A stretch of DNA of 64,000 nt from Bacteroidales bacterium (GCA_050179935.1 JBFXEQ010000005.1:39738-103737); one strand, 5' to 3'; counted from the first letter of the stretch, positions 28,021-36,056 are shown. The notes: a model not told the origin generated them from the letters alone. A program made the numbers and translations.

Positions 28021-29280
28021 TTATTCACTACACAATGGAATTTTTACCGAAAATGTTGATCCTTTACCGGGCTTGCTCAAAACATTTATTTCGCCATTTA
28101 GCGAATCGACAATTGCTTTAACAGTTGACAATCCAATACCAAAACCCTTTACATTATGCATATCGCCGGTAGGTACGCGATAATATTTTTCAAAAATCTG
28201 TTTCTGATGTTCAGGTTTTATGCCTATTCCATTATCTTCAATTTCAACAACTACAAAGTTTCCCTTATTAAAAATACGTACTTCTATTTCGGGTTCATTA
28301 TCGCAATATTTAATGGCATTATCAATAAGATTCGAAATTACAATCTGAAGCTGTTCTTTATCGGCATGTACAAGGCATTTTTCGGCAGTTTTATTCATTA
28401 TCAACCGTCCATTAAGTTGCTGAATTTGTACTTGATACGATTCGGCTGAACAAGAGATTATATTACAAATATCTATTGTTTCGCATAATCCGGATTTGCC
28501 ATTCTCAATGCGGGCAACATCGAGCAGAGCTTCCACCCGGTTTTGGAGTTTTTTGTGCTCGGCTTTAATAATTCCCGAATATTGTTTTAGTTTTTCGTCG
28601 CCAGCTAGTAATTGATTTTTAGAAATCATACTGTTTGCTAAGGCTATATTGGTGAGTGGAGTTTTAAACTCGTGAGTAATATTATTAATAAAATCGCGGG
28701 TTCCATTATACAAAGCCTTTTCTCGTCGGTAAAAAAACAATATGATGTAAAACGAAATACTTATTAATATGATCAAAATTACCGATGTAATAAAAAGAGT
28801 ACCAATCTGTGCAGCAATAAACTCGCTCTTTTTCGGGAATTTAACTTTTAACTCCACTCCATTCTTTAACAATGCGTTTTCGAGATTTGTTGAAAAATAG
28901 GTTTTATTACACACATTAAAATCTGCATCTTTTTGGGTGTCAACAATATCAAACTCGTATTTTATATTTATCTGATAATCTTTTAATGCCTTTTTAATAA
29001 TCGAATCTACCTTATGCCATTGATTATTCATGTACATTTTCTGATAACACGAAAAAGCATTGCCTTTACCTAAACAATTTACAACCTCGTTACAAATGAG
29101 AGTATCTTCGACCATTTGGTCAACAACTTGTTTTAATGCACTATTAACACTATAACTAAATTGCTTTTCCTGTATAGTTGCCGCTTTATAAATCCATGTT
29201 ACCTGAATAACCAGTAAAGCAACCAACGCAAAAGAAGTTATTACAATAAAGATAAGCTGTAGTTTTTTATTTTTCATCAT
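28021..29280 (-). CDS. Sensor histidine kinase with two TM segments flanking a periplasmic domain
   Basis: H-box 'HEFKTPLT', N-box 'NLIDNAIKY' and G-boxes 'DNGIGI' and 'GFGIGL'. Confidence 0.9.
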   Translation of the reverse strand: MMKNKKLQLIFIVITSFALVALLVIQVTWIYKAATIQEKQFSYSVNSALKQVVDQMVEDTLICNEVVNCLGKGNAFSCYQKMYMNNQWHKVDSIIKKALKDYQINIKYEFDIVDTQKDADFNVCNKTYFSTNLENALLKNGVELKVKFPKKSEFIAAQIGTLFITSVILIILISISFYIILFFYRREKALYNGTRDFINNITHEFKTPLTNIALANSMISKNQLLAGDEKLKQYSGIIKAEHKKLQNRVEALLDVARIENGKSGLCETIDICNIISCSAESYQVQIQQLNGRLIMNKTAEKCLVHADKEQLQIVISNLIDNAIKYCDNEPEIEVRIFNKGNFVVVEIEDNGIGIKPEHQKQIFEKYYRVPTGDMHNVKGFGIGLSTVKAIVDSLNGEINVLSKPGKGSTFSVKIPLCSE

Positions 29281-29317
29281 TGCAAAGGTAATCAGAAATT
29301 TATGCGATCCATAAACT

Positions 29318-29343
29318 TTAACATCATGTTAACACGATTTACA
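29318..29343 (+). promoter_or_regulatory. Candidate response-regulator box: TTAACA direct repeats at 11-nt spacing
   Basis: 'TTAACAtcatgTTAACAcgatTTACA' lies 97 nt upstream of the ATG at 29415, in the divergent region next to the HK/RR operon. It is nearly identical to the box at 29716. Confidence 0.5.
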
Positions 29344-29414
29344 GAAACCCGACAAAAAACAAATTTTTTGTGTCTTTATTTTTTGTAATTTAGTATTCTA
29401 TAATTGAAAAGAAA

Positions 29415-29624
29415 ATGTCAATAAGTGAAAGTGGAAATAAATTGCGAAAGTTAATAAACAAAGCAATAGAGGACTGCACCATTACTCCCGAAGAATACGA
29501 AGAAATTATTAATCTCTCTTTAAAAGATGGATTTGTTGATCCTCAGGAGCGTGCTCTTTTACGTGAGCTGCAGCAAATGATTGAGCACAAAGAAATTCGG
29601 TTTTCCAAAAAGGATAATAAATAA
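29415..29624 (+). CDS. Small hypothetical cytoplasmic protein (69 aa)
   Basis: ATG-initiated ORF in an otherwise empty intergenic region, preceded by the direct-repeat box. I recognise no family. Confidence 0.5.
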   Translation: MSISESGNKLRKLINKAIEDCTITPEEYEEIINLSLKDGFVDPQERALLRELQQMIEHKEIRFSKKDNK

Positions 29625-29715
29625 ATTCGATCAATAACCAGAAATTTTAATCTTTCTACCCAGCATAACAAGAACAAATCTCTTTTCGAGAAATTTGCAT
29701 TCAACCTTTCGTATT

Positions 29716-29742
29716 TTAACATCGCCTTAACACGATTTAACA
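29716..29742 (+). promoter_or_regulatory. Candidate response-regulator box: TTAACA direct repeats (three units)
   Basis: 'TTAACAtcgccTTAACAcgatTTAACA' lies 100 nt upstream of the ATG at 29816. This is the same orientation and distance as the box at 29318. Confidence 0.5.
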
Positions 29743-29774
29743 TGTATATAACTTACAAGACTGTGAGTATTAGA

Positions 29775-29782
29775 TATATTTG
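29775..29782 (+). promoter_or_regulatory. Candidate Bacteroidota -7 promoter box (TAnnTTTG)
   Basis: 'TATATTTG' lies 34 nt upstream of the ATG at 29816 and ~35 nt downstream of the direct-repeat box. Confidence 0.4.
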
Positions 29783-29815
29783 CTTTTATAAATTAACAAA
29801 CAAAAACTAAAAATC

Positions 29816-30043
29816 ATGAAAAAAGTATTCGCATTATTATCAGCAATAGCTTTCGTAAGCGTAATGTCATTATCAGTTGCAAACGCACAGGAACCAGAGA
29901 AAAAATGTAACGAAAAAGCAAAAACAGAAAATTGCTGCTCAAAAGAGCAATCAAAAGATTGCTCAAAAGCTTGCGATAAAAAAGCTCCTGAAAAGAAAAC
30001 TACCGAAGTTAAGAAAGAAACTGTAAAAACGGATAAAAAGTAA
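29816..30043 (+). CDS. Small secreted Cys/Lys-rich protein (75 aa)
   Basis: Signal peptide 'MKKVFALLSAIAFVSVMSLSVANA'. The mature part, 'QEPEKKCNEKAKTENCCSKEQSKDCSKACDKK...', has 5 Cys and many Lys/Glu. A strong terminator follows. Confidence 0.7.
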   Translation: MKKVFALLSAIAFVSVMSLSVANAQEPEKKCNEKAKTENCCSKEQSKDCSKACDKKAPEKKTTEVKKETVKTDKK

Positions 30044-30072
30044 TTGGGTAATTTTAGGTAATCAGGTTATTG

Positions 30073-30102
30073 AAAACCGACATCGCAAAGTGTCGGTTTT
30101 TT
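30073..30102 (+). terminator. Rho-independent terminator
   Basis: 'AAAACCGACA-tcgcaaag-TGTCGGTTTT' followed by TT. Confidence 0.85.
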
Positions 30103-30187
30103 ATTTCTACCACGCTAATTGGTTTTATTCCTAAAAAATTTTATTTTTAGTTGATTTTTATTTCCCATTAAAAAGTAATTTACTACT

Positions 30188-30907
30188 ATGAAGCCAATTA
30201 TAGCTTTAATATTAATAACAATTATCGCTTTATCATGTAACCAGCAACCATCTGGTTTAACTGAAAAATCTATAATAGGAAGTTGGGAATGCATTTCGGG
30301 TTGCAGTACTGAATTTTATACATTTACTAAATCAAAAAACGGATATAGCTATGTTTCCTATAAGAATGAGAAAATTTTTAAGGCAGGTGATTATCAATTA
30401 ACTGATTCAGTTCTCGCTTTAACATCGGCTGATGGTACTTCAAAAAATTATATTGTTGAATTGATTAACGATAGTTTAATACTCGATAAAGGAAATTATA
30501 TCTTAAAAAAACAGATCGAAAAAACAGATTTTTCGAATCATACCGAAGAACTAATTGTTGGAATGGAAGATTTTTTGGCTGTTTTTCCCGATTTTGATTT
30601 TGCCGATCAAAAACCTGTAGATTTTATATACCAAGCAAAAGTTGTTGAAGATCAGTACGAGCCAATTAGCATTGAAGGCATTGGTGTAGTTACTACTGTA
30701 CCGTTAGGTGGCGATTTTATTACTGCTGATGATGTAATGAAAAGCATTGCAAATGTAATTCGTGAACAAGGTTTTACTCCCGATCCACAGAATGAATCAG
30801 AAAATTGCCGTGCATTTATTAATGAAAACATGGTTGTGATGGTTCGTACATCCGAAAATGAACCCAATAAATTAACCATGGAAATAACCTTTGGGTTTAT
30901 TGATTAG
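30188..30907 (+). CDS. Hypothetical lipoprotein
   Basis: Signal peptide plus lipobox 'IALSC'. I recognise no family. Confidence 0.6.
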   Translation: MKPIIALILITIIALSCNQQPSGLTEKSIIGSWECISGCSTEFYTFTKSKNGYSYVSYKNEKIFKAGDYQLTDSVLALTSADGTSKNYIVELINDSLILDKGNYILKKQIEKTDFSNHTEELIVGMEDFLAVFPDFDFADQKPVDFIYQAKVVEDQYEPISIEGIGVVTTVPLGGDFITADDVMKSIANVIREQGFTPDPQNESENCRAFINENMVVMVRTSENEPNKLTMEITFGFID

Positions 30908-31902
30908 TGTAATTTGATTTCTTTGGTTGTTTTGGATTCTTTCCAACGCGAATTTCTCCAACCATTTTGTAGTTCTTTTGAGAGAAATGTCCATGCAATA
31001 ATACGGCTGGTCTTATTTCCCTGCCCCATAGGTATCGTTCTGATATCAACCGCTTCGGCTTTTTCTAGAACCCGGTATGCGGAGTTTAGGTTGGATTGTT
31101 TTGAGATCAGGGATGAAAACCAGAAACAGGAAGATCCGAATTTCTTACTTTCCCGAATCATTTCACGAACAAACCTTTCTTCTCCCCCTTCGCACCACAA
31201 CTCACTACTCTGGCCTCCAAAATTCAAAACAGGTGTAATATTTTTCTGTTTATTTAAATTATTTATTTTACGCATAGTTCCCGATTGGGCATCGGCTAAA
31301 GAAGCATGAAAAGGAGGATTACAAATAGACAAATCAATAAGCTCATCCTTTTTAATAACTCCATAAAAAAAATCTTTCGGATTGTTTTGAAATCTCAACT
31401 CAATTTGTCCTTTTAGATTGGAATTTTGTTCAATTATTTTATTGCCATTTTCAATTGCGGGTGGATCAATATCAGAACCGATAAACGACCAGCCATATTC
31501 TTTGTTCCCAATAATTGGATAAACACAATTTGCACCCACACCAATATCAAAACATTTTACTTTATTACCTGTAGGTATTTTTCCATAATTGAACAAACGC
31601 AATAAATCAGCTATGTGATGAATATAATCGGCCCTTCCCGGAATTGGTGGACACAAATACCCTTCGGGAATATCCCAGTAATCAATACTATAATATTGCT
31701 TTAATAATGATTTGTTTAGCATTTTTACTGCTTCGGGATCAGAGAAATCAATGGATTCGTCGTTATATAAATTTAACTTAACAAACTGAGCCAATTCAGG
31801 ACATGACTCAATTAAAAGTCTGAAATCGTATCGTTCCCGGTGCTTATTTCGTGGGTGTAACCGGGTTTTTTCTTTCGGATGTTCCTTCTTTTCTTGAAGC
31901 AT
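30904..31902 (-). CDS. rlmF: 23S rRNA (adenine1618-N6)-methyltransferase RlmF
   Basis: 'LHPRNKHRERYDF', 'WDIPEGYLCPPIPGRADYIHHIADLL' and catalytic 'NPPFH'. Confidence 0.9.
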   Translation of the reverse strand: MLQEKKEHPKEKTRLHPRNKHRERYDFRLLIESCPELAQFVKLNLYNDESIDFSDPEAVKMLNKSLLKQYYSIDYWDIPEGYLCPPIPGRADYIHHIADLLRLFNYGKIPTGNKVKCFDIGVGANCVYPIIGNKEYGWSFIGSDIDPPAIENGNKIIEQNSNLKGQIELRFQNNPKDFFYGVIKKDELIDLSICNPPFHASLADAQSGTMRKINNLNKQKNITPVLNFGGQSSELWCEGGEERFVREMIRESKKFGSSCFWFSSLISKQSNLNSAYRVLEKAEAVDIRTIPMGQGNKTSRIIAWTFLSKELQNGWRNSRWKESKTTKEIKLH

Positions 31903-31944
31903 TTAGTTAAAATCAACTTGTAATTATAACAATTATGAATTGAA

Positions 31945-32412
31945 TTATTTTTTCTTGTTGTGATATACAATCTGCATACCCTGAAGGAAGTTACGTAAAA
32001 ACTGATCCTTGCATGGGCGATATTGTGACTGATTTGGACTTCGGAAAAATGCGCTTAATTCGTGTTTACTTAAACGCATATCAACAAGATTAAAAATATC
32101 AAGAATGTCTTCATCTTTAAGATTTAAAGCAATCTTCAATTTCCTAAAAACGATATTATTATTCAATATTTTTTCAGGTACTGGTTGTGGCCCCTCTTTT
32201 TTGCCACGTTTCTCAATAATAAATCCATTTAGGAAAGCTGACATCTGTTCGTCTGAAAGCTCCTGAAAAGCAGGATCATCATCTTTTTTTAACCAATCGC
32301 TAATTTGCGCTCTTGTTACATTTAAATCGGCTAAACCAAAAATATTAATCATTTTCGTATCGTTAAGATCGAATGTATATCGTATACGGCGTAAGATGTC
32401 GTTATTACTCAT
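31945..32412 (-). CDS. DUF1456 (YehS-like) family protein
   Basis: Two repeats of the 'NDILRRIRYTFDL' / 'NIVFRKLKIALNL' type, characteristic of DUF1456. Confidence 0.8.
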   Translation of the reverse strand: MSNNDILRRIRYTFDLNDTKMINIFGLADLNVTRAQISDWLKKDDDPAFQELSDEQMSAFLNGFIIEKRGKKEGPQPVPEKILNNNIVFRKLKIALNLKDEDILDIFNLVDMRLSKHELSAFFRSPNQSQYRPCKDQFLRNFLQGMQIVYHNKKK

Positions 32413-32580
32413 AAATTGTTTTTTTTTGTCAGAAAAGTTATTTGTAGAATTAATAGGTTAAAATACCCAAAGCCAAAGTTAACAAAACTAATAATAATGT
32501 GAGCTGATAATAAACTAAAATACTATAAGACAGAGGTATTTCTAACTCCAGTGAGTTCTATATTCAAATCTATAAATAAA

Positions 32581-32636
32581 AATTGGTGATTTGAAGTCCT
32601 CCCTTAGCTCTAAGGTAAAAACTCCAATCACCAATT
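32581..32636 (-). terminator. Long bipartite hairpin downstream of mscL (possible terminator)
   Basis: Outer stem 'AATTGGTGATT'/'AATCACCAATT' and inner stem 'CCTTAG'/'CTAAGG'. On the minus strand it is followed by a T-rich run. Confidence 0.5.
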
Positions 32637-32690
32637 ATACGATTTGGAAAAATCAATTAAAACAGAAAAACAATATGATTGCTTATTGTT

Positions 32691-33104
32691 TTATTTCTTT
32701 AATAAATCTCTTATTTCGGTTAATAAAACCTCTTCTTTTGTTGGTGCTGGTGGAGCTGCAATAGCTGCTTCTTTTTTCTTCATCTTATTCATTGCTTTAA
32801 TTAATAAGAACATAAAGAAAGCAACTAAAAGAAAATCGATAAAAATTGTGATAAAAGACCCATATTTAATTGCAGCTTCGGGAGAAATTAATTTTCCGGC
32901 GGCATCATATTGAGCTTCACTCATGACAAACTTGAGAGCCTGAAAATCTACACCAGCGGTTATTTTACCGACAACAGGCATAACTAATCCATCAATAAAT
33001 CCGGAAACAACTTTTCCAAAAGCAGCTCCCATAACAAATGCTATTGCCATATCAACAAGGTTTCCCTTCATGGCAAAATCTTTAAATTCTTTTACAAAAC
33101 TCAT
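32691..33104 (-). CDS. mscL: Large-conductance mechanosensitive channel MscL
   Basis: 'FKDFAMKGNLVDMAIAFVMGAAFGKVV' and 'FLLVAFFMFLLIKAMNK'. Confidence 0.93.
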   Translation of the reverse strand: MSFVKEFKDFAMKGNLVDMAIAFVMGAAFGKVVSGFIDGLVMPVVGKITAGVDFQALKFVMSEAQYDAAGKLISPEAAIKYGSFITIFIDFLLVAFFMFLLIKAMNKMKKKEAAIAAPPAPTKEEVLLTEIRDLLKK

Positions 33105-33196
33105 AGTTGTATTTTTTTAGGTTAATATAATTCTGAAAACAGAAAAATGTATTTTAATTATTAGGTAATTTAAGAAAATCATTTTAAAACCAAAAT

Positions 33197-33233
33197 AAAA
33201 ACCCTGAAACAACATAATATTTCAGGGTTTTTA
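33197..33233 (-). terminator. Intrinsic terminator downstream of pruA (T/A runs on both sides)
   Basis: 'AAAAACCCTGAAA...TTTCAGGGTTTTT'. The stem sequence is the same as in the terminator at 47594-47630. Confidence 0.8.
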
Positions 33234-33250
33234 TTAAAAATTGTATTTGG

Positions 33251-34879
33251 TTACTCCTCTAAAAATGGATATTTATAACTCACAGGTGGTACAAAGCATT
33301 CTTTAATTGTGCGTGGTGAAACCCAACGCAATAAGTTCAGATACGATCCTGCTTTATCATTTGTACCCGACCCACGGGCGCCTCCAAATGGTTGTTGACT
33401 AACAACCGCACCTGTTGGTTTGTCGTTAATATAGAAATTACCGGCAGCATGTTTCAATCGTTCCATAGCTCTTTCTATAACATATCTGTCTTTGGAGAAT
33501 ATCGATCCGGTTAAAGCATAAATGGATGTTGTATCGATTAATTCCAATGTTTCTTCAAACTTGGATGGATCATATAAATAAATGGTCAAAACCGGCCCAA
33601 ATAATTCTTCCTCCATGGTTACATAATGAGGATCTTTAGTAAGAATTATAGTCGGTTCAATAAAATATCCTTTTGACTTATCGTAGTTTCCGCCATGTAT
33701 GATTTCGACATTTTTATCTTGTTTTGCACGATCAATATAACCAGCAAGTTTAGTAAAGGATGCTTCATCAATAACAGCATTCATAAAATTGGTGAAATCT
33801 TCAACCGGACCAACTTTAATGGTTTCCATATCGCATTTTATCTCACATAAAACTTCATCCCATTTGTTTTTTGGAATATAAGCCCTGGAAGCAGCAGAAC
33901 ATTTTTGTCCCTGGTATTCGAATGCCCCGCGAGTTAATGCAGTTGCTACTTGAGTTGCATTTGCTGATTCATGCATTAACACAAAGTTCTTCCCTCCGGT
34001 TTCACCAACTATGCGCGGATATGATTTATATTTTGAAATATTATTTCCAATCTCTTTCCAGATATTTTGAAATACAGCTGTTGATCCTGTAAAATGAATT
34101 CCTGCAAAATCGGGATGCGAGAAAATTACATTACCTGCTACAGGCCCTGAAACAAACACCAGGTTTATAACACCATCGGGCAATCCAGCCTCCATAAATA
34201 TTTCCATAATAACACGCGCTGAATATATCTGAGCATTCGAAGGTTTCCAAACTACGGTATTTCCCATCATGGCTGGAGCCGCAGGCAAGTTAGCTGCAAT
34301 AGCTGTAAAATTAAATGGTGTTAACGCAAATACAAATCCTTCGAGTGGGCGTTGTTCTAATCTGTTCCATACTAACTCACTTGAATTGGGTTGTTGATTG
34401 TAAATCTCTGTCATGTACTGCACATTAAATCGCAGAAAATCTGCAAACTCACAAGCAGCATCAATCTCAGCCTGATGTACCGATTTTGACTGGCCCAACA
34501 TGGTTGCCGCATTAATACGTGCACGATAAGGACCTGCAATCATTCCGGCAGCTTTCAAAAAGATTGACGCACGTTGTTTCCACGACATGTTTGCCCATTT
34601 CTCTCTGGCTGCTAATGCAGCATCAATTGCATTTTTAACATGGCTTTCGTCTCCACGATAGTAATATCCTAATAAGTGCTTGTGATCATGTGGAGGATGA
34701 ATTTCAATCTTTTTATCTGTTCGCACTTCTTTTCCATCAATGATCATCGGTATGTCGACAACATGGGAGCGTGCCCATTCAATGGCTTTCATTACTTGAT
34801 CCCTCTCAGGAGAACCTTTTACATACGATTTGACAGGTTCGTTCTTTGCCGGTGGCGCAAAATATAAGTTTTGTTGCAT
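33251..34879 (-). CDS. pruA: L-glutamate gamma-semialdehyde (1-pyrroline-5-carboxylate) dehydrogenase
   Basis: ALDH-family motifs 'GETGGKNF' and 'YQGQKCSAASR', with the length and N-terminus typical of stand-alone PruA. Confidence 0.9.
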   Translation of the reverse strand: MQQNLYFAPPAKNEPVKSYVKGSPERDQVMKAIEWARSHVVDIPMIIDGKEVRTDKKIEIHPPHDHKHLLGYYYRGDESHVKNAIDAALAAREKWANMSWKQRASIFLKAAGMIAGPYRARINAATMLGQSKSVHQAEIDAACEFADFLRFNVQYMTEIYNQQPNSSELVWNRLEQRPLEGFVFALTPFNFTAIAANLPAAPAMMGNTVVWKPSNAQIYSARVIMEIFMEAGLPDGVINLVFVSGPVAGNVIFSHPDFAGIHFTGSTAVFQNIWKEIGNNISKYKSYPRIVGETGGKNFVLMHESANATQVATALTRGAFEYQGQKCSAASRAYIPKNKWDEVLCEIKCDMETIKVGPVEDFTNFMNAVIDEASFTKLAGYIDRAKQDKNVEIIHGGNYDKSKGYFIEPTIILTKDPHYVTMEEELFGPVLTIYLYDPSKFEETLELIDTTSIYALTGSIFSKDRYVIERAMERLKHAAGNFYINDKPTGAVVSQQPFGGARGSGTNDKAGSYLNLLRWVSPRTIKECFVPPVSYKYPFLEE

Positions 34880-34958
34880 AATTTATTGTTTTAATTTTTT
34901 GTGTTTATTTATCTTATTTTTTTCATTCTATAGCCTTATTTACAATCTTATTTATTAT

Positions 34959-34987
34959 ATAACCCCAGACCATAAGGCTGGGGTTAT
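34959..34987. other. Orphan stem-loop in the pruA / ppnP divergent intergenic region
   Basis: 'ATAACCCCAG-accataagg-CTGGGGTTAT' followed by TTTTTAT on the plus strand. No upstream plus-strand gene is available for it to terminate. Confidence 0.4.
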
Positions 34988-35151
34988 TTTTATAATCCAA
35001 AAACCTTTGAGCTGGTGTTTTGAATTAAATTTTGGAAAATACGTTATGCAAATATAAACATATCGCTTTAATATAAAACAAGATTTTTATCATGTTATAG
35101 CAAAAATTTAAATCACTATTTTTGTACATTAATAACAAAAAAGGATAAGCT

Positions 35152-35433
35152 ATGTTTAAAACAAACGAATATTTCGATGGAAAAGTAAAATCAATAGCTT
35201 TCGAAACAAACGAAGGTCCAGCAACAGTTGGTGTTATGGCAAAGGGTGAGTATGTATTTGGAACATCAACAGTAGAATTTATGACTGTAACATCAGGTAA
35301 TATGACCATTCAGCAACCAGGAGAAACAGAATGGAAATCATACAAAGAGTTTGAAACATTTAAAGTTGCTAAAGATGTTAAATTCAAAGTTAAAGTAGAT
35401 AGCGATACTTCTTATCGTTGTCTTTACAAATAG
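35152..35433 (+). CDS. ppnP: Pyrimidine/purine nucleoside phosphorylase PpnP (YaiE, DUF1255)
   Basis: 'NEYFDGKVKSIAFE...ATVGVMAKGEYVFGT...SYRCLY' is collinear with E. coli PpnP. Confidence 0.9.
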   Translation: MFKTNEYFDGKVKSIAFETNEGPATVGVMAKGEYVFGTSTVEFMTVTSGNMTIQQPGETEWKSYKEFETFKVAKDVKFKVKVDSDTSYRCLYK

Positions 35434-35456
35434 TTGAATTTTTTGATCTTTGATAA

Positions 35457-35542
35457 TTGATTTTTTCATTTGCCCCTTCCCTAAAGGGTGTGAAAAAATC
35501 AATTTGCTCCCTTCAGGGTATGAGGCAAACAAATTGATTTTT
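35457..35542. repeat. Twin-hairpin intergenic repeat, copy A (~86 bp)
   Basis: It contains 'CCCTAAAGGG' and 'CCCTTCAGGG' hairpins 30 nt apart inside flanking stems ('GATTTTTTCA'/'TGAAAAAATC'). Its reverse complement aligns almost base-for-base with 53574-53663. It has the same orientation as 58170-58260. Confidence 0.85.
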
Positions 35543-35595
35543 AAATAAATAGAAATTTATTAAAATTTTAAAATAATCAAATTTTTAAATTAATG

Positions 35596-35620
35596 CTATG
35601 AAGTTTTTTTAACTTCATGG
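35596..35620 (+). terminator. Hairpin plus T-run (ppnP terminator or attenuator upstream of the ModE-like gene)
   Basis: 'CTATGAAGTT-ttttt-AACTTCATGG' followed by 'TATTTTTTTA'. Confidence 0.5.
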
Positions 35621-35635
35621 TATTTTTTTACTTTG

Positions 35636-35659
35636 CGATATGTTTTTTATATCATATTG
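35636..35659. promoter_or_regulatory. Candidate ModE-type operator, second copy
   Basis: 'CGATATGTTTTTTATATCATATTG'. The left arm and the preceding 'TTACTTTGC' match the site at 399-422, and the right arm is 'CATATTG'. It ends 17 nt upstream of the ATG of the ModE-like gene. Confidence 0.45.
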
Positions 35660-35675
35660 ATTAATAAAAATTCTT

Positions 35676-36053
35676 ATGGCAGGCTCAAAAGGTTCAAAAT
35701 ATTATGATATTTTTTTGAAATTCAAAGTATGGCTTGAAAATACAAAAGGACAGGGTATTTTAGGCGATGGTAAATTTGAATTACTCGAAATGATCGATAA
35801 ACATGGGTCATTAAGTGCTGCAGCTGATAAAATGGGAATAAGTTATCGCAAAGCTTGGGGTAATGTGAAGGAGGCCGAAGAAAAACTAGGATTTATACTG
35901 GTTGAGAAACATCGTGGAGGAGCGCAAGGTGGAAATTCAGTTTTAACACCCGAAGGTAAAAGACTAATTGAAGCTTACAAAGAGCTTTTAGTTGAATTTG
36001 ATGAATCCATTCATCAAATAACTAAAAAATTCTTCAATAAAATTAATTCGTAG
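35676..36053 (+). CDS. ModE N-terminal-domain-like winged-helix regulator (125 aa, no Mop/TOBE molybdate-binding domains)
   Basis: 'GSLSAAADKMGISYRKAWGNVKEAEEKLGFILVEKHRGGAQGGNSVLTPEGKRLIEAY' matches the ModE/LysR-type HTH_1 N-domain pattern. Confidence 0.8.
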   Translation: MAGSKGSKYYDIFLKFKVWLENTKGQGILGDGKFELLEMIDKHGSLSAAADKMGISYRKAWGNVKEAEEKLGFILVEKHRGGAQGGNSVLTPEGKRLIEAYKELLVEFDESIHQITKKFFNKINS

Positions 36054-36056
36054 ATT

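Noticed and set aside
32644-32913. 89-aa plus-strand ORF overlapping mscL
   Set aside because: It is antisense to an unmistakable MscL coding sequence, starts with TTG and has no ribosome-binding context.
35025-35309. 94-aa minus-strand ORF overlapping ppnP
   Set aside because: It is antisense to ppnP, which aligns collinearly with E. coli PpnP.
35338-35532. 64-aa minus-strand ORF downstream of ppnP
   Set aside because: It is composed largely of twin-hairpin repeat copy A read in one frame ('HPLGKGQMKK'). This is a repeat-derived artefact.
35434-35675. Moco riboswitch upstream of the ModE-like/Moco operon, and also upstream of 47697 and 49975
   Set aside because: By eye I could not find the conserved Moco-motif cores. 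The structured sequence here is explained by the dispersed twin-hairpin repeat and a simple hairpin. A covariance-model scan is needed for a definitive answer.
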